From a bacterium (GTDB lineage: Bacteria; JAAXHH01), in the NCBI GenBank assembly GCA_965202605.1, contig OZ241838.1, positions 3,325,008 to 3,389,007 of the forward strand: a DNA stretch of 64,000 bases. Reading direction: 5' to 3'. The translations under genes and the position numbers were made by a program. This document shows positions 62,398 to 64,000 of this stretch, in pieces. The notes beneath the pieces were generated by a model that was given only the letters and a program-made list of their open reading frames with translations, had not been told where the DNA came from and did no database searches. Numbering within the stretch: position 1 is the first letter of the stretch; each line of letters begins with the position of its first letter.

Positions 62398-63479
62398 TGA
62401 CATTGCCTGCTTTGACGCCCGTTACCGATATCCACGAACGGCTGCAGGTCATCTTTCCATCCGGAACGACGAACCGGAACTACGTGACGCGCGAGATCGC
62501 TGCCAAGACGCTATTCGTCATGATGTATATCGGAGCGATAGAAGGATCGGACCACTGGATACGACCGGACCAGGTGACTCGGATGACTGATGCGCAGGCA
62601 GCATCTACGGGCGAAACCGACCGCGAAGCGTGGCGGGCAGCGTCTCTACGGTCGGCGGGATCTATTGAGGGGCGGTGGTACGCCGCTAATACACGCGAGC
62701 CGATCCGCGACGAGACGTTGCGCGAGGGGTTGGTTCGCACCGGTGCCGTGGTGGAGCGGGAGGGGATTCCAACGACCTCGCCGAGACCGCGCTATGCGCT
62801 TACTCGGGATTTCGTGGCTTTGTTCGATCCTGGCTTGTACGGAAAGGCTCTAGAAACGGCCATTACGGCCTGGCAGAATTCGAATCTCTCGCCGGGCGCG
62901 CTGGCACGCATTGAGATCATGAGACAGGGCGCGGTCAGCAGTGAAGGTAGAGTGCTCGTGAGGATGCCGAGCGGCGAAACCCGGCAAATGCAGCCCGGTC
63001 CGAGCTCCGTGATTTCAAAAGCCGTCATAGAGGAATTCGCGCCGCGATTCCTTGATATGCCCGGTGTCATCTGGTTAAGTGAAAGTCGCAACCAGGTCGT
63101 GGCGCGGGATGACGAATTGGCGCAGGCAATCGGTCTGACGATCGATCCCCAGCGCAATCTGCCCGATCTGATCCTCGTAGACCTTGGTCCGGTCGAACCG
63201 CTGCTCGTGTTCGTGGAGGTGGTAGCAACCTCCGGACCCGTTAGCGCGTCGCGTCAGACGGCGTTGTGGGGGATCGCCGAAGAAGCCGGGTTCGACGAAA
63301 GACAGGTGATATTCGTAACAGCCTTCGAGGACCGTGACACGGCCGCGTTCAAAAGCTCGGTGAGCCAGTTGGCCTGGCGGTCTTTCGCGTGGTTCATGTC
63401 CGAGCCGAACCACGTCATGATCCTGCATCAAGGCGTCCATGACAGACAGGTGAAGTTGAGGAATCTGATCGGATATTAA
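62397..63479 (+). CDS. Putative cognate type II restriction endonuclease (possibly BsuBI/PstI-like)
   Basis: 360-aa ORF whose ATG overlaps the MTase stop (TGATGA). C-terminal acidic/hydrophobic segment (LPDLILVDLGPVEPLLVFVEVVATSG) could be a PD-(D/E)xK-like core. Family assignment is a guess from gene context. Confidence 0.4.
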   Translation: MTLPALTPVTDIHERLQVIFPSGTTNRNYVTREIAAKTLFVMMYIGAIEGSDHWIRPDQVTRMTDAQAASTGETDREAWRAASLRSAGSIEGRWYAANTREPIRDETLREGLVRTGAVVEREGIPTTSPRPRYALTRDFVALFDPGLYGKALETAITAWQNSNLSPGALARIEIMRQGAVSSEGRVLVRMPSGETRQMQPGPSSVISKAVIEEFAPRFLDMPGVIWLSESRNQVVARDDELAQAIGLTIDPQRNLPDLILVDLGPVEPLLVFVEVVATSGPVSASRQTALWGIAEEAGFDERQVIFVTAFEDRDTAAFKSSVSQLAWRSFAWFMSEPNHVMILHQGVHDRQVKLRNLIGY

Positions 63480-63593
63480 GTGATGAACGGTCCGAAAACC
63501 CTCATCCAATACCACAAGGTCATGGCGAAGCCAAAGCAGACGCCAGCCAATAGAACATTGATTCCGAACAAGTTGTTCTAGTGCTCTGTAAAG

Positions 63594-64000
63594 TTAATGT
63601 TTAATAGATTTATAATGTCGTTTCAGCTTGTCTCTGGCGTCGTTGGTCGTAAAGCCCCAGTTCAGCTTGACCGCTTTCTCGTTACGCGCCTCTACCCAGG
63701 CGGCGATTTCCCGGTCCAGGACGTGCTGATCGGCGATACGGCGGTTACAGCACTGCCTGCCCAGCACGGACAACTCCAATTCGGCCATGTTGAGCCAACT
63801 GGCCTTCTTCGGCGTACGATGCGGTTCGAACCGGCCCTTGAGACCGCGGGCGACCTCCGGCTCGAAGGCTTGATAGAAAGACCCGGCGCTATGGGTGTTC
63901 AGGTTGTCCTCCACCAGACGGACCTTGCGGACGCGTTCATAGCGGGCGGCGATCATGGCCCGCATGAACTCGGCATAGTCGATTTTGGTGCGCCGCTTGC
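63594..64000 (-). mobile_element. DDE transposase C-terminal fragment (IS630-like), gene runs off the window end
   Basis: ORF 63594..63965 contains ...KKASWLNMAELELSVLGRQC...AW...W.FT...AR.KL, resembling the C-terminal end of IS630-family DDE transposases. Reading frame stays open from 63965 to 64000. Confidence 0.5.

Overview
High-GC bacterial chromosomal segment (metagenome-like, taxon not assignable from sequence alone) with mostly housekeeping and metabolic genes, interrupted by lower-GC accessory patches. Core genes include an amidohydrolase (5' partial), msrA, an MlrC-like M81 peptidase, an HU/IHF-family protein, an M1 aminopeptidase, a MerR regulator, der, a DUF512 protein, leuC, leuD, a multi-GAF histidine kinase with a response-regulator/PP2C partner, three phytanoyl-CoA-dioxygenase-family genes, a creatininase-family gene, an aminotransferase, an ABC sugar-type transporter, P5C dehydrogenase and an AddAB-type helicase-nuclease pair. 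Two accessory regions stand out. (1) About 18.9-32.5 kb on the minus strand is an Rhs/YD-repeat polymorphic-toxin locus: a long SpvB-like + Rhs gene that is disrupted by a frameshift and an in-frame TAG, followed by a 5'-truncated orphan Rhs copy with a diverged C-terminal glycine-zipper domain, two diverged paralogous small membrane proteins (candidate immunity genes), and a roughly 90-bp Rhs remnant abutting a GNAT gene. (2) About 41.1-48.9 kb is a lower-GC island of five minus-strand genes: a C5-cytosine DNA methyltransferase, a GHKL (MORC-like) ATPase, a Z1-domain P-loop NTPase, a putative PD-(D/E)xK protein and an HNH endonuclease. I consider this the best candidate for a poorly characterised multi-component DNA-modification-linked defence system. 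The 3' end carries a co-oriented N6-adenine methyltransferase plus putative restriction endonuclease and a truncated transposase. Several short in-frame tandem repeats occur inside coding regions. No rRNA, tRNA or CRISPR array was recognised by eye. All family assignments rest on motif recognition in the supplied translations, not on database searches.
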